Below are positions 1 through 11,703 of a stretch of DNA of 23,647 nt, in pieces. Origin of the DNA: a virus (lineage: Duplodnaviria > Heunggongvirae > Uroviricota > Caudoviricetes). The stretch lies in the IMG/VR virus record IMGVR_UViG_2706794675_000002; one strand, 5' to 3'. The notes below the pieces were generated by a model that saw nothing but the letters and a program-made list of their open reading frames with translations, searched no databases and was not told the origin of the DNA. Numbering within the stretch: the first letter of the stretch is position 1; the number at the start of each line of letters is the position of its first letter. Made by a program: the position numbers and the translations under genes.

Positions 1-200
1 CCACGGGAATATCTGCGGCAGCGGGCTTGTAATGGGTTAAGTGATAACAGATGTCTGGAAATATAGGGGCAAATCCAATCGTCGCCGTATTCCCGTATTA
101 ACAGAGACCGTAGCCCGACGGGGAACTCCTTCTGCGCGAGTGTGCGGGAATAATCAAAAACGATGCACACCGGGGTTACCGGGTACACATATTTCATCAT
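1..200 (-). CDS. partial ORF running off the left edge of the window (first 66 codons), function unknown
   Basis: Reverse strand is open from ATG (complement of 198..200) to position 1 without a stop: MMKYVYPVTPVCIVFDYSRTLAQKEFPVGLRSLLIREYGDDWICPYISRHLL... An in-frame stop lies just upstream of the ATG. Several rare codons and no clear SD, so this could be a chance ORF. Confidence 0.2.
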   Translation of the reverse strand, partial: MMKYVYPVTPVCIVFDYSRTLAQKEFPVGLRSLLIREYGDDWICPYISRHLLSLNPLQARCRRYSR

Positions 201-245
201 GCCAGCGAGTCCGGTTCTGGCACGGAAGAAACCGGACGTTATGAT

Positions 246-656
246 TTAGTGCGGAAATATTTGTGTAGTGTTCTGTATGTTCTCAGTAAAGAGTAATGAA
301 TTATCAAAGGTATAGTAATACCTTTTGTTTTCGTGGATATTTGTAATCCATCTGAAAACCCCTGCTGTAGCAAGATTTTTCCTGTATTCGTAAAATGATA
401 ACTCTCCTGATTTGAATCCTTTTAAGGTGGCTTCTATAAGGCATTTATTTTTTGAAAATCTTACATTTACAACCTTACCCTGTCCTTTTATTAAAACCGT
501 ATTATCGTTTTCAAGAACAAGATGAATATTCTCTGTGGCTAAATAGTAAATGTAATGTGAGACATTGTGACGTTTTAGTTCAGAATAAAACCAGTGATAG
601 TTTAAATTATTTCGCACTTTATCGAATATTTGTTTAAAAATGGCAACCTGAGCCAT
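246..656 (-). CDS. hypothetical protein, AT-rich moron gene (136 aa from the SD-preceded ATG at 656; 141 aa if the first ATG at 671 is used)
   Basis: A 141-codon ORF in visibly AT-rich DNA, where stops are frequent by chance, so the open frame is significant. The second ATG is preceded by GAAGG at the right spacing. Composition contrasts sharply with the GC-richer structural genes. No recognisable catalytic motif and no recalled homolog. Confidence 0.6.
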   Translation of the reverse strand: MAQVAIFKQIFDKVRNNLNYHWFYSELKRHNVSHYIYYLATENIHLVLENDNTVLIKGQGKVVNVRFSKNKCLIEATLKGFKSGELSFYEYRKNLATAGVFRWITNIHENKRYYYTFDNSLLFTENIQNTTQIFPH

Positions 657-713
657 TGTAGTACCTTCCATGTGATATGAGGGGGCGTAGTCTGCACGAT
701 TATCTAAATTGCT

Positions 714-947
714 TCAATCTGGTCTAACCTGTTTTCTGAGCAATTCAGTAATGTCACTCTTTTCTTTGTTTGCTTCAGGCGAAACTCTTTTTTCTGAGCA
801 CAGTCTCCGGCGGCAGGCTTCAATGACCCAGGCTGAGAAATTCCCGGACCCTTTTTGAACAAGAGCGATGTTAATTTGTTCAATCATTTGGTTAGGAAAG
901 CGGATGTTGCGGGTTGTTGTTCTGCGGGTTCTGTTCTTCGTTGACAT
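714..947 (-). CDS. ribbon-helix-helix (Arc/MetJ/CopG-like) DNA-binding protein, 77 aa
   Basis: Translation MSTKNRTRRTTTRNIRFPNQMIEQINIALVQKGSGNFSAWVIEACRRRL... has the RHH layout: N-terminal beta-strand (RNIRFP), helix A, G-S-x-N-x-S turn, helix B. From memory, the DNA for the first ~50 codons is near-identical to the right end of phage lambda, which encodes a 64-aa ORF in the same place; the C-terminus here differs. Confidence 0.55.
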   Translation of the reverse strand: MSTKNRTRRTTTRNIRFPNQMIEQINIALVQKGSGNFSAWVIEACRRRLCSEKRVSPEANKEKSDITELLRKQVRPD

Positions 948-1114
948 GAGGTTGCCCTGTATTCAGTGTCGCTGATTTGTATTGTCTGAAGTTGTTTTTA
1001 CGTTAAGTTGATGCAGATCAATTAATACGATACCTGCGTCATAATTGATTATTTGACGTGGTTTGATGGCGTAGATGCACGTTGTGACATGTAGATGATA
1101 ATTATTATCATTTT

Positions 1115-1335
1115 GCGGGTCCTTTCCGGCGATCCGACAGGTTACGGGGCGGAAGGCGCGCGGGTTTTCGCTATTTATGACAATTTTCCGGTTTAAGGCG
1201 TTTCCGTTCTTCTTCGCCGTAACCTAATGTTTTTATTTAAAACACCCCCTGAAAAGAAAGGAAACGACAGGTGCTGAAAACGGGCTTTTTGGCCTCTGTC
1301 GTTTCCTTTCTCTGTTTTTGTCCGTGGAATGAACA
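1115..1335. other. cos: cos DNA-packaging site (cosQ / cosN / cosB with R3, R2, R1 terminase-binding elements)
   Basis: Sequence ...ccgacaggttacg|gggcgg...cgcgggttttcgctatttatga...ggcgtttccgttcttcttcg...gaaaggaaacgacaggtg...ctgtcgtttcctttctctg... matches the lambda right-end/left-end junction and the repeated CGTTTCC-type R elements immediately upstream of nu1. The presumed nick position is at 1146/1147. Confidence 0.85.
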
Positions 1336-1855
1336 ATGGAAGTCAACAAAAAGCAGCTGGCTGACATTTTCGGTGCGAGTATCCGTACCATTCAGAACTG
1401 GCAGGAACAGGGAATGCCCGTTCTGCGAGGCGGTGGCAAGGGTAATGAGGTGCTTTATGACTCTGCCGCCGTTATAAGATGGTATGCCGAAAGGGATGCT
1501 GAAATTGAGAACGAAAAGCTGCGCCGGGAAGTTGAAGAACTGCGGCAGGCCAGCGAGACAGATCTCCAGCCAGGGACTATTGAGTACGAACGCCATCGAC
1601 TTACGCGTGCGCAGGCCGACGCACAGGAGCTGAAAAATGCCAGAGACTCCGCTGAAGTGGTGGAAACCGCATTCTGTACTTTCGTGCTGTCGCGGATCGC
1701 AGGTGAAATTGCCAGTATTCTCGACGGGATCCCCCTGTCGGTGCAGCGGCGTTTTCCGGAACTGGAAAACCGACATGTTGATTTCCTGAAACGGGATATC
1801 ATCAAAGCCATGAACAAAGCAGCCGCGCTGGATGAACTGATACCGGGGTTGCTGA

Positions 1856-1881
<26 letters not shown>
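1336..1881 (+). CDS. nu1: terminase small subunit (181 aa)
   Basis: ORF translation MEVNKKQLADIFGASIRTIQNWQEQGMPVLRGGGKGNEVLYDSAAVI... is almost identical to lambda Nu1, with the same length and position directly after cosB. Confidence 0.97.
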
Positions 1882-5571
<3,690 letters not shown>

Positions 5572-5591
<20 letters not shown>

Positions 5592-6891
5592 TCTCCCGCA
5601 TATTGCCAGCATGGCTTTTAATGAGCCGCTGATGCTTGAACCCGCCTATGCGCGGGTTTTCTTTTGTGCGCTTGCAGGCCAGCTTGGGATCAGCTGCCTG
5701 ACGGATGCAGTATCCGGCGACAGCCTGACTGCCGGAGAGGCACCCGCGGCGCTGGCGTTATCCGGTGATGATGACGGACCACGACAGGCCCGCAGTTATC
5801 AGGTAATGAACGGCATCGCCGTGCTGCCGGTGTCCGGCACGCTGGTCAGCCGGACGCGGGCGCTGCAGCCGTACTCGGGGATGACCGGTTACAACGGCAT
5901 TATCGCCCGTCTGCAACAGGCTGCCAGCGACCCGATGGTGGACGGCATTCTGCTCGATATGGACACACCGGGCGGAATGGTGGCGGGAGCATTTGACTGC
6001 GCTGACATCATCGCCCGTGTGCGTGACATAAAGCCGGTATGGGCGCTGGCCAATGACATGAACTGCAGCGCAGGTCAGCTGCTTGCCAGTGCCGCCTCCC
6101 GGCGTCTGGTCACGCAGACCGCCCGGACAGGCTCCATCGGCGTCATGATGGCTCACAGTAATTACGGCGCTGCACTGGAGAAACAGGGCGTGGAAATCAC
6201 GCTGATTTACAGCGGCAGCCATAAGGTGGATGGCAACCCCTACAGCCATCTACCGGATGATGTCCGGGAAACATTGCAGTCCCGGATGGATGCAACCCGC
6301 CGGATGTTTGCACAGAAGGTGTCGGCATATACCGGCCTGTCCGTGCAGGCTGTGCTGGATACCGAGGCTGCAGTGTACAGCGGTCAGGAGGCCATTGATG
6401 CCGGACTGGCTGATGAACTTGTTAACAGTACCGATGCGATCACCGTCATGCGTGATGCACTGGATGCACGTAAATCCCGTCTCTCAGGAGGGCGAATGAC
6501 CAAAGAGACTCAATCAACAACTGTTTCAGCCACTGCTTCGCAGGCTGACGTTACTGGCGTGGTGCAAGCGACGGAGGGCGAGAACGCCAGCGCGGCGCAG
6601 CCGGACGTGAACGCGCAGATCACCGCAGCGGTTGCGGCAGAAAACAGTCGCATTATGGGGATCCTCAACTGTGAGGAGGCTCACGGACGCGAAGAACAGG
6701 CACGCGTGCTGGCCGAAACCCCCGGTATGACCGTGGAAACGGCCCGCCGTATTCTGGCCGCAGCACCACAGAGTGCACAGACGCGCAGTGACACTGCGCT
6801 GGATCGTCTGATGCAGGGGGCACCGGCACCGCTGGCTGCAGGTAACCCGGCATCTGATGCCGTTAACGATTTGCTGAACACACCAGTGTAA
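5572..6891 (+). CDS. C: prohead (capsid maturation) protease C, ClpP/S49-like (439 aa from GTG start)
   Basis: GTG at 5572 preceded by gaggaggagaag, overlapping the end of B as in lambda. Translation from VTAELRNLPHIASMAFNEPLMLEPAYARVFF... matches lambda gpC. The ORF-track start at 5437 is an upstream in-frame extension inside B. Confidence 0.93.
6286..6891 (+). CDS. nu3: capsid scaffolding protein Nu3, translated in the C frame from an internal start
   Basis: In-frame ATG at 6286 (…SRMDATRRMFAQKV…) at the position equivalent to lambda nu3, which is nested in the 3' part of C. Confidence 0.8.
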   Translation: MDATRRMFAQKVSAYTGLSVQAVLDTEAAVYSGQEAIDAGLADELVNSTDAITVMRDALDARKSRLSGGRMTKETQSTTVSATASQADVTGVVQATEGENASAAQPDVNAQITAAVAAENSRIMGILNCEEAHGREEQARVLAETPGMTVETARRILAAAPQSAQTRSDTALDRLMQGAPAPLAAGNPASDAVNDLLNTPV

Positions 6892-6900
6892 GGGATGTTT

Positions 6901-7233
6901 ATGACGAGCAAAGAAACCTTTACCCATTACCAGCCGCTGGGCAATAGTGACCCGGCTCATACCGCAACCGCGCCCGGCGGATTGAGTGCGAAAGCGCCTG
7001 CAATGACCCCGCTGATGCTGGACACCTCCACCCGTAAGCTGGTTGCGTGGGATGGCACCACCGACGGTGCTGCCGTTGGCATTCTTGCGGTTGCTGCTGA
7101 CCAGACCAGCACCACACTGACGTTCTACAAGTCCGGCACGTTCCGTTATGAGGATGTGCTCTGGCCGGAGGCTGCCAGCGACGAGACGAAAAAACGGACC
7201 GTGTTTGCCGGAACGGCAATCAGCATCGTTTAA
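6901..7233 (+). CDS. D: head decoration protein D (110 aa)
   Basis: AGGGA SD 5 nt upstream of ATG 6901. Translation [43 protein letters not shown]... is near-identical to lambda gpD. Confidence 0.96.
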   Translation: MTSKETFTHYQPLGNSDPAHTATAPGGLSAKAPAMTPLMLDTSTRKLVAWDGTTDGAAVGILAVAADQTSTTLTFYKSGTFRYEDVLWPEAASDETKKRTVFAGTAISIV

Positions 7234-7288
7234 CTTTACCCTTCATCACTAAAGGCCGCCTGTGTGGCTTTTTTTACGGGATTTTTTT

Positions 7289-8314
7289 ATGTCGATGTAC
7301 ACAACCGCCCAGCTGCTGGCGGCAAATGAGCAGAAATTTAAGTTTGATCCGCTGTTTCTGCGTCTCTTTTTCCGTGAGAGCTATCCCTTCACTACGGAGA
7401 AAGTCTATCTCTCACAAATTCCGGGACTGGTAAACATGGCGCTGTACGTTTCGCCGATTGTTTCCGGTGAGGTTATCCGTTCCCGTGGCGGCTCCACCTC
7501 TGAATTTACGCCGGGATATGTCAAACCCAAGCATGAGGTGAATCCGCAGATGACCCTGCGTCGCCTGCCGGATGAAGATCCGCAGAATCTGGCGGACCCG
7601 GCTTACCGCCGCCGTCGCATCATCATGCAGAACATGCGTGACGAAGAGCTGGCCATTGCTCAGGTCGAAGAGATGCAGGCAGTTTCTGCCGTGCTCAAGG
7701 GCAAATACACCATGACCGGTGAAGCCTTCGATCCGGTTGAGGTGGATATGGGCCGCAGTGCGGCGAACAACATCACACAGTCCGGCGTCACGGAGTGGAG
7801 CAAGCGTGACAAGTCCACGTATGACCCGACCGACGATATCGAAGCCTACGCGCTGAACGCCAGCGGTGTGGTGAATATCATCGTGTTTGACCCGAAAGGC
7901 TGGGCGCTGTTCCGTTCCTTCAAAGCCGTCAAGGAGAAGCTGGATACCCGTCGCGGCTCTCATTCCGAGCTGGAGACAGCGGTAAAAGACCTGGGCAAAG
8001 CGGTGTCCTATAAGGGAATGTATGGCGATGTGGCCATCGTCGTGTATTCCGGACAGTACGTGGAAAACGGCGTCAAAAAGAACTTCCTGCCGGACAACAC
8101 GATGGTGCTGGGGAACACTCAGGCTCGCGGTCTGCGCACCTATGGCTGCATTCAGGATGCGGACGCACAGCGCGAAGGCATTAACGCTTCTGCCCGTTAC
8201 CCGAAAAACTGGGTGACCACCGGCGATCCGGCGCGTGAGTTCACCATGATTCAGTCAGCACCGCTGATGCTGCTGGCTGATCCTGATGAGTTCGTGTCCG
8301 TTCAACTGGCGTAA
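7289..8314 (+). CDS. E: major capsid protein E (341 aa)
   Basis: Translation from MSMYTTAQLLAANEQKFKFDPLFLRLFFRESYPFTTEKVYLSQIPGLVNMALYVSPIV... is near-identical to lambda gpE. The ORF-track start at 7262 is a 9-codon upstream extension. Confidence 0.97.
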   Translation: MSMYTTAQLLAANEQKFKFDPLFLRLFFRESYPFTTEKVYLSQIPGLVNMALYVSPIVSGEVIRSRGGSTSEFTPGYVKPKHEVNPQMTLRRLPDEDPQNLADPAYRRRRIIMQNMRDEELAIAQVEEMQAVSAVLKGKYTMTGEAFDPVEVDMGRSAANNITQSGVTEWSKRDKSTYDPTDDIEAYALNASGVVNIIVFDPKGWALFRSFKAVKEKLDTRRGSHSELETAVKDLGKAVSYKGMYGDVAIVVYSGQYVENGVKKNFLPDNTMVLGNTQARGLRTYGCIQDADAQREGINASARYPKNWVTTGDPAREFTMIQSAPLMLLADPDEFVSVQLA

Positions 8315-8355
8315 TCATGGCCCTTCGGGGCCATTTTCTCTCTGTGGAGGAGTTC

Positions 8356-8754
8356 ATGACGAAAGATGAACTGATTGCCCGTCTTCAGGAGCTGGGTGAG
8401 CAATTGAACCGCGATGTCAGTTTGACGGGAACGAAAGAAGAACTGGCGCTTCGTGTGGCAGAGCTGGAAGAAGAGCTTGATGACACGGATGAAACTGCCG
8501 GTCAGGACACCCCTCTCAGCCGGGAAAATGTGCTGACCGGGCATGAAAATGAGGTGGTATCAGCGCAGCCGGATACCGTGATTCAGGATACGGCTGAACT
8601 GGTCACGGTCGTGGCACTGGTGACGCTGCATACTGATGCACTTCACGCCACGCGGGATAAACCTGTGGCATTTGTGCTGCCGGGAACGGCGTTTCGTGTC
8701 TCTGCCGGTGTGGCAGCCGAAATGACAGAGCGCGGCCTGGCCAGAATGCAATAA
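8356..8754 (+). CDS. FI: DNA-packaging / head assembly protein FI (132 aa)
   Basis: GGAGG SD before ATG 8356. Translation MTKDELIARLQELGEQLNRDVSLTGTKEELALRVAELEEELDD... matches lambda gpFI. Confidence 0.93.
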   Translation: MTKDELIARLQELGEQLNRDVSLTGTKEELALRVAELEEELDDTDETAGQDTPLSRENVLTGHENEVVSAQPDTVIQDTAELVTVVALVTLHTDALHATRDKPVAFVLPGTAFRVSAGVAAEMTERGLARMQ

Positions 8755-8765
8755 CGGGAGGCGCT

Positions 8766-9119
8766 GTGGCTGATTTCGATAACCTGTTCGATGCTGCCAT
8801 TGCCCGCGCCGATGAAACGATACGCGGGTACATGGGAACGTCAGCCACCATGACATCCGGTGAGCAGTCAGGTGCGGTGATACGTGGTGTTTTTGATGAC
8901 CCTGAAAATATCAGCTATGCCGGACAGGGCGTGCGCGTTGAAGGCTCCAGCCCGTCCCTGTTTGTCCGGACTGATGAGGTGCGGCAGCTGCGGCGTGGAG
9001 ACACGCTGACCATCGGTGAGGAAAATTTCTGGGTAGATCGGGTTTCGCCGGATGATGGCGGAAGTTGTCATCTCTGGCTTGGACGGGGCGTACCGCCTGC
9101 CGTTAACCGTCGCCGCTGA
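8766..9119 (+). CDS. FII: head-tail connector protein FII (117 aa)
   Basis: Position and translation MADFDNLFDAAIARADETIRGYMGTSATMTSGEQSGAVIRGVFDDPENISYAGQGVRVEGSSPSLFVRTDEV... match lambda gpFII. Confidence 0.94.
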   Translation: MADFDNLFDAAIARADETIRGYMGTSATMTSGEQSGAVIRGVFDDPENISYAGQGVRVEGSSPSLFVRTDEVRQLRRGDTLTIGEENFWVDRVSPDDGGSCHLWLGRGVPPAVNRRR

Positions 9120-9130
9120 AAGGGGGATGT

Positions 9131-9709
9131 ATGGCCATAAAAGGTCTTGAGCAGGCCGTTGAAAACCTCAGCCGTATCAGCAAAACGGCGGTGCCCGGTG
9201 CCGCCGCAATGGCCATTAACCGCGTTGCTTCATCCGCGATATCGCAGTCTGCGTCACAGGTTGCCCGTGAGACAAAGGTACGCCGGAAACTGGTAAAGGA
9301 AAGGGCCAGGCTGAAAAGGGCCACGGTCAAAAATCCGCAGGCCAGAATCAAAGTTAACCGGGGGGATTTGCCCGTAATCAAGCTGGGTAATGCGCGGGTT
9401 GTCCTGTCCCGCCGCAGGCGTCATAAAAAGGGGCAGCGTTCATCCCTGAAAGGTGGCGGCAGCGTGCTTGTGGTGGGTAACCGTCGTATTCCCGGCGCGT
9501 TTATTCAGCAACTGAAAAACGGCCGGTGGCATGTTATGCAGCGTGTGGCCGGGAAAAACCGTTACCCCATTGATGTGGTGAAAATCCCGATGGCGGTGCC
9601 GCTGACCACGGCGTTTAAACAGAATATTGAACGGATACGGCGTGAACGTCTTCCGAAAGAGCTGGGCTATGCGCTGCAGCATCAACTGAGAATGGTAATA
9701 AAGCGATGA
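9131..9709 (+). CDS. Z: tail completion protein Z (192 aa)
   Basis: Position and length as lambda gpZ; basic protein, translation MAIKGLEQAVENLSRISKTAVPGAAAMAINRVASSAISQSASQVARETKVRRKLV... Confidence 0.93.
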   Translation: MAIKGLEQAVENLSRISKTAVPGAAAMAINRVASSAISQSASQVARETKVRRKLVKERARLKRATVKNPQARIKVNRGDLPVIKLGNARVVLSRRRRHKKGQRSSLKGGGSVLVVGNRRIPGAFIQQLKNGRWHVMQRVAGKNRYPIDVVKIPMAVPLTTAFKQNIERIRRERLPKELGYALQHQLRMVIKR

Positions 9710-10101
9710 AACATACTGAACTCCGTGCAGCCGTACTGGATGCACTGGAGAAGCATGACACCGGGGCGACGCTTTTTGATGGTCGCCCCGCTGTTTTTGA
9801 TGAGGAAGATTTTCCGGCAATTGCCGTTTATCTCACCGGCGCTGAATACACGGGCGAAGAGCTGGACAGCGATACCTGGCAGGCGGAGCTGCATATTGAA
9901 GTTTTCCTGCCTGCTCAGGTGCCGGATTCAGAGCTGGATTCGTGGATGGAGTCCCGGATTTATCCTGTGATGAGCGATATCCCGGCACTGTCAGATTTGA
10001 TCACCAGTATGGTGGCCAGCGGCTATGACTACCGGCGCGACGATGATGCGGGCCTGTGGAGTTCAGCCGATCTGACTTATGTCATTATCTATGAAATGTG
10101 A
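9706..10101 (+). CDS. U: tail tube terminator protein U (131 aa)
   Basis: ATGA overlap with Z. Translation [72 protein letters not shown]... matches lambda gpU. Confidence 0.95.
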   Translation: MKHTELRAAVLDALEKHDTGATLFDGRPAVFDEEDFPAIAVYLTGAEYTGEELDSDTWQAELHIEVFLPAQVPDSELDSWMESRIYPVMSDIPALSDLITSMVASGYDYRRDDDAGLWSSADLTYVIIYEM

Positions 10102-10108
10102 GGACGCT

Positions 10109-10849
10109 ATGCCTGTACCAAATCCTACAATGCCGGTGAAAGGTGCCGGGACCACCCTGTGGGTTTATAAGGGGAGCGGTGACCCTTATGCGAACCCGCT
10201 TTCAGACGTTGACTGGTCGCGTCTGGCAAAAGTTAAAGACCTGACGCCCGGCGAACTGACCGCTGAGTCCTATGACGACAGCTATCTCGATGATGAAGAT
10301 GCAGACTGGACTGCGACCGGGCAGGGGCAGAAATCTGCCGGAGATACCAGCTTCACGCTGGCGTGGATGCCCGGAGAGCAGGGGCAGCAGGCGCTGCTGG
10401 CGTGGTTTAATGAAGGTGATACCCGTGCCTATAAAATCCGCTTCCCGAACGGCACGGTCGATGTGTTCCGTGGCTGGGTCAGCAGTATCGGTAAGGCGGT
10501 GACGGCGAAGGAGGTGATTACCCGCACGGTGAAGGTCACCAATGTGGGACGTCCGTCGATGGCAGAAGATCGCAGCACGGTGACGGCGACGACCGGCATG
10601 ACGGTGACACCCGCCAGTGCTTCCGTAGTGAAAGGGCAGAGCACCACGCTGACCGTGGCATTCCAGCCGGATGGCGCAACCGACAAGAGCTTCCGTGCGG
10701 TGTCTGCGGATAAAACAAAAGCCACCGTGTCGGTCAGTGGTATGACCATCACCGTGAAAGGTGTTGCTGCAGGCAAGGTCAACATTCCGGTCGTATCTGG
10801 TAATGGTGAGTTTGCTGCGGTTGCAGAAATCAACGTCACCGCCAGTTAA
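10109..10849 (+). CDS. V: major tail tube protein V with C-terminal Ig-like domain (246 aa)
   Basis: Translation from [50 protein letters not shown]... matches lambda gpV. The ORF-track start at 10079 is an upstream extension overlapping U. Confidence 0.96.
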   Translation: MPVPNPTMPVKGAGTTLWVYKGSGDPYANPLSDVDWSRLAKVKDLTPGELTAESYDDSYLDDEDADWTATGQGQKSAGDTSFTLAWMPGEQGQQALLAWFNEGDTRAYKIRFPNGTVDVFRGWVSSIGKAVTAKEVITRTVKVTNVGRPSMAEDRSTVTATTGMTVTPASASVVKGQSTTLTVAFQPDGATDKSFRAVSADKTKATVSVSGMTITVKGVAAGKVNIPVVSGNGEFAAVAEINVTAS

Positions 10850-10864
10850 TCCGGAGAGTCAGCG

Positions 10865-11287
10865 ATGTTCCTGAAAACCGAATCATTTGAACATAACGGT
10901 GTGACCGTCACGCTTTCTGAACTGTCAGCCCTGCAGCGTATTGAGCATCTCGACCTGATGAAACGGCAGGCAGAACAGGCGGAGTCAGACAGCAACCGGA
11001 AGTTTACTGTGGAAGACGCCATCAGAACCGGCGCTTTTGTGGTTGCGATGTCCCTGTGGCATAACCATCCGAAGAAGACGCAGATGCCGTCCATGAATGA
11101 AGCCGTTAAACAGATTGAGCAGGAAGTGCTTACCACCTGGCCCACAGAGGCAATTTCTCATGCTGAAAACGTGGTGTACCGGCTGTCCGGTATGTATGAG
11201 TTTGTGGTGAATGATGCTCCTGAACAGGCAGAGGACGCCGGGCCTGCAGAGCCTGTTTCTGCGGGAAAGTGTTCGACGGTGAGCTGA
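10865..11287 (+). CDS. G: tail assembly chaperone G (140 aa)
   Basis: Translation MFLKTESFEHNGVTVTLSELSALQRIEHLDLMKRQAEQAESDSNRKFTVEDAIRTGAFVVAMSLWHNHPKKTQ... matches lambda gpG. Confidence 0.95.
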   Translation: MFLKTESFEHNGVTVTLSELSALQRIEHLDLMKRQAEQAESDSNRKFTVEDAIRTGAFVVAMSLWHNHPKKTQMPSMNEAVKQIEQEVLTTWPTEAISHAENVVYRLSGMYEFVVNDAPEQAEDAGPAEPVSAGKCSTVS

Positions 11288-11703
11288 GTTTTGCCCTGAA
11301 ACTGGCGCGTGAGATGGGGCGACCCGACTGGCGCGCCATGCTTGCCGGGATGTCATCCACGGAGTATGCCGACTGGCACCGCTTTTACAGTACCCATTAT
11401 TTTCATGATGTTCTGCTGGATATGCACTTTTCCGGGCTGACGTACACCGTGCTCAGCCTGTTTTTCAGCGATCCGGAGATGCATCCGCTGGATTTCAGTC
11501 TGCTGAACCGGCGCGAGGCTGACGAAGAGCCTGAAGATGATGTGCTGATGCAGAAAGCGGCAGGGCTTGCCGGAGGTGTCCGCTTTGGCCCGGACGGGAA
11601 TGAAGTTATCCCCGCTTCCCCGGATGTGGCGGACATGACGGAGGATGACGTAATGCTGATGACAGTATCAGAAGGGATCGCAGGAGGAGTCCGGTATGGC
11701 TGA
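10865..11703 (+). CDS. G-T: tail assembly chaperone G-T fusion produced by -1 programmed ribosomal frameshift at 11263..11269
   Basis: The T frame (11269..11703, ...VFDGELSFALKLAREMGRPDWRAMLAGMSSTEYADWHRF...) is -1 relative to G. The heptamer G GGA AAG sits in the G zero frame at 11263..11269, just before the G stop. Layout is identical to lambda G/G-T. Confidence 0.9.
11263..11269 (+). promoter_or_regulatory. -1 programmed frameshift slippery heptamer G GGA AAG
   Basis: Codon phasing checked against the G start at 10865: GCG GGA AAG TGT in frame 0; slipping back one base reads GGG AAA GTG TTC ... into the T frame. Confidence 0.88.

Noticed and set aside
207-237. Inverted repeat gtccggtt/aaccggac as an intrinsic terminator for the AT-rich gene
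   Set aside because: 13-nt loop and no T-run on the minus strand, so not a convincing rho-independent terminator; kept only as an observation.
41-244. 67-aa plus-strand ORF at the left edge
   Set aside because: Arg-rich and implausible composition; the opposite strand carries a longer open frame running off the window, which is the more plausible coding strand.
452-637. 61-aa plus-strand ORF inside the AT-rich region
   Set aside because: Lies wholly within and antisense to the 136/141-aa minus-strand ORF, which is longer and has an SD-preceded start.
7262-7288. Upstream starts for E (7262), D (6895), FI (8317), V (10079) and the stf-like ORF (23217)
   Set aside because: The downstream ATGs have proper SD spacing and give products matching the lambda protein N-termini; the 23217 start would also read through the lom terminator hairpin.
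7234-7288. Possible hairpin plus T-run (gcc-tgtgt-ggc ttttttt) between D and E as a terminator
   Set aside because: Only a 3-bp stem, and D and E are co-transcribed late genes; the T-run more likely belongs to the E translation initiation region.
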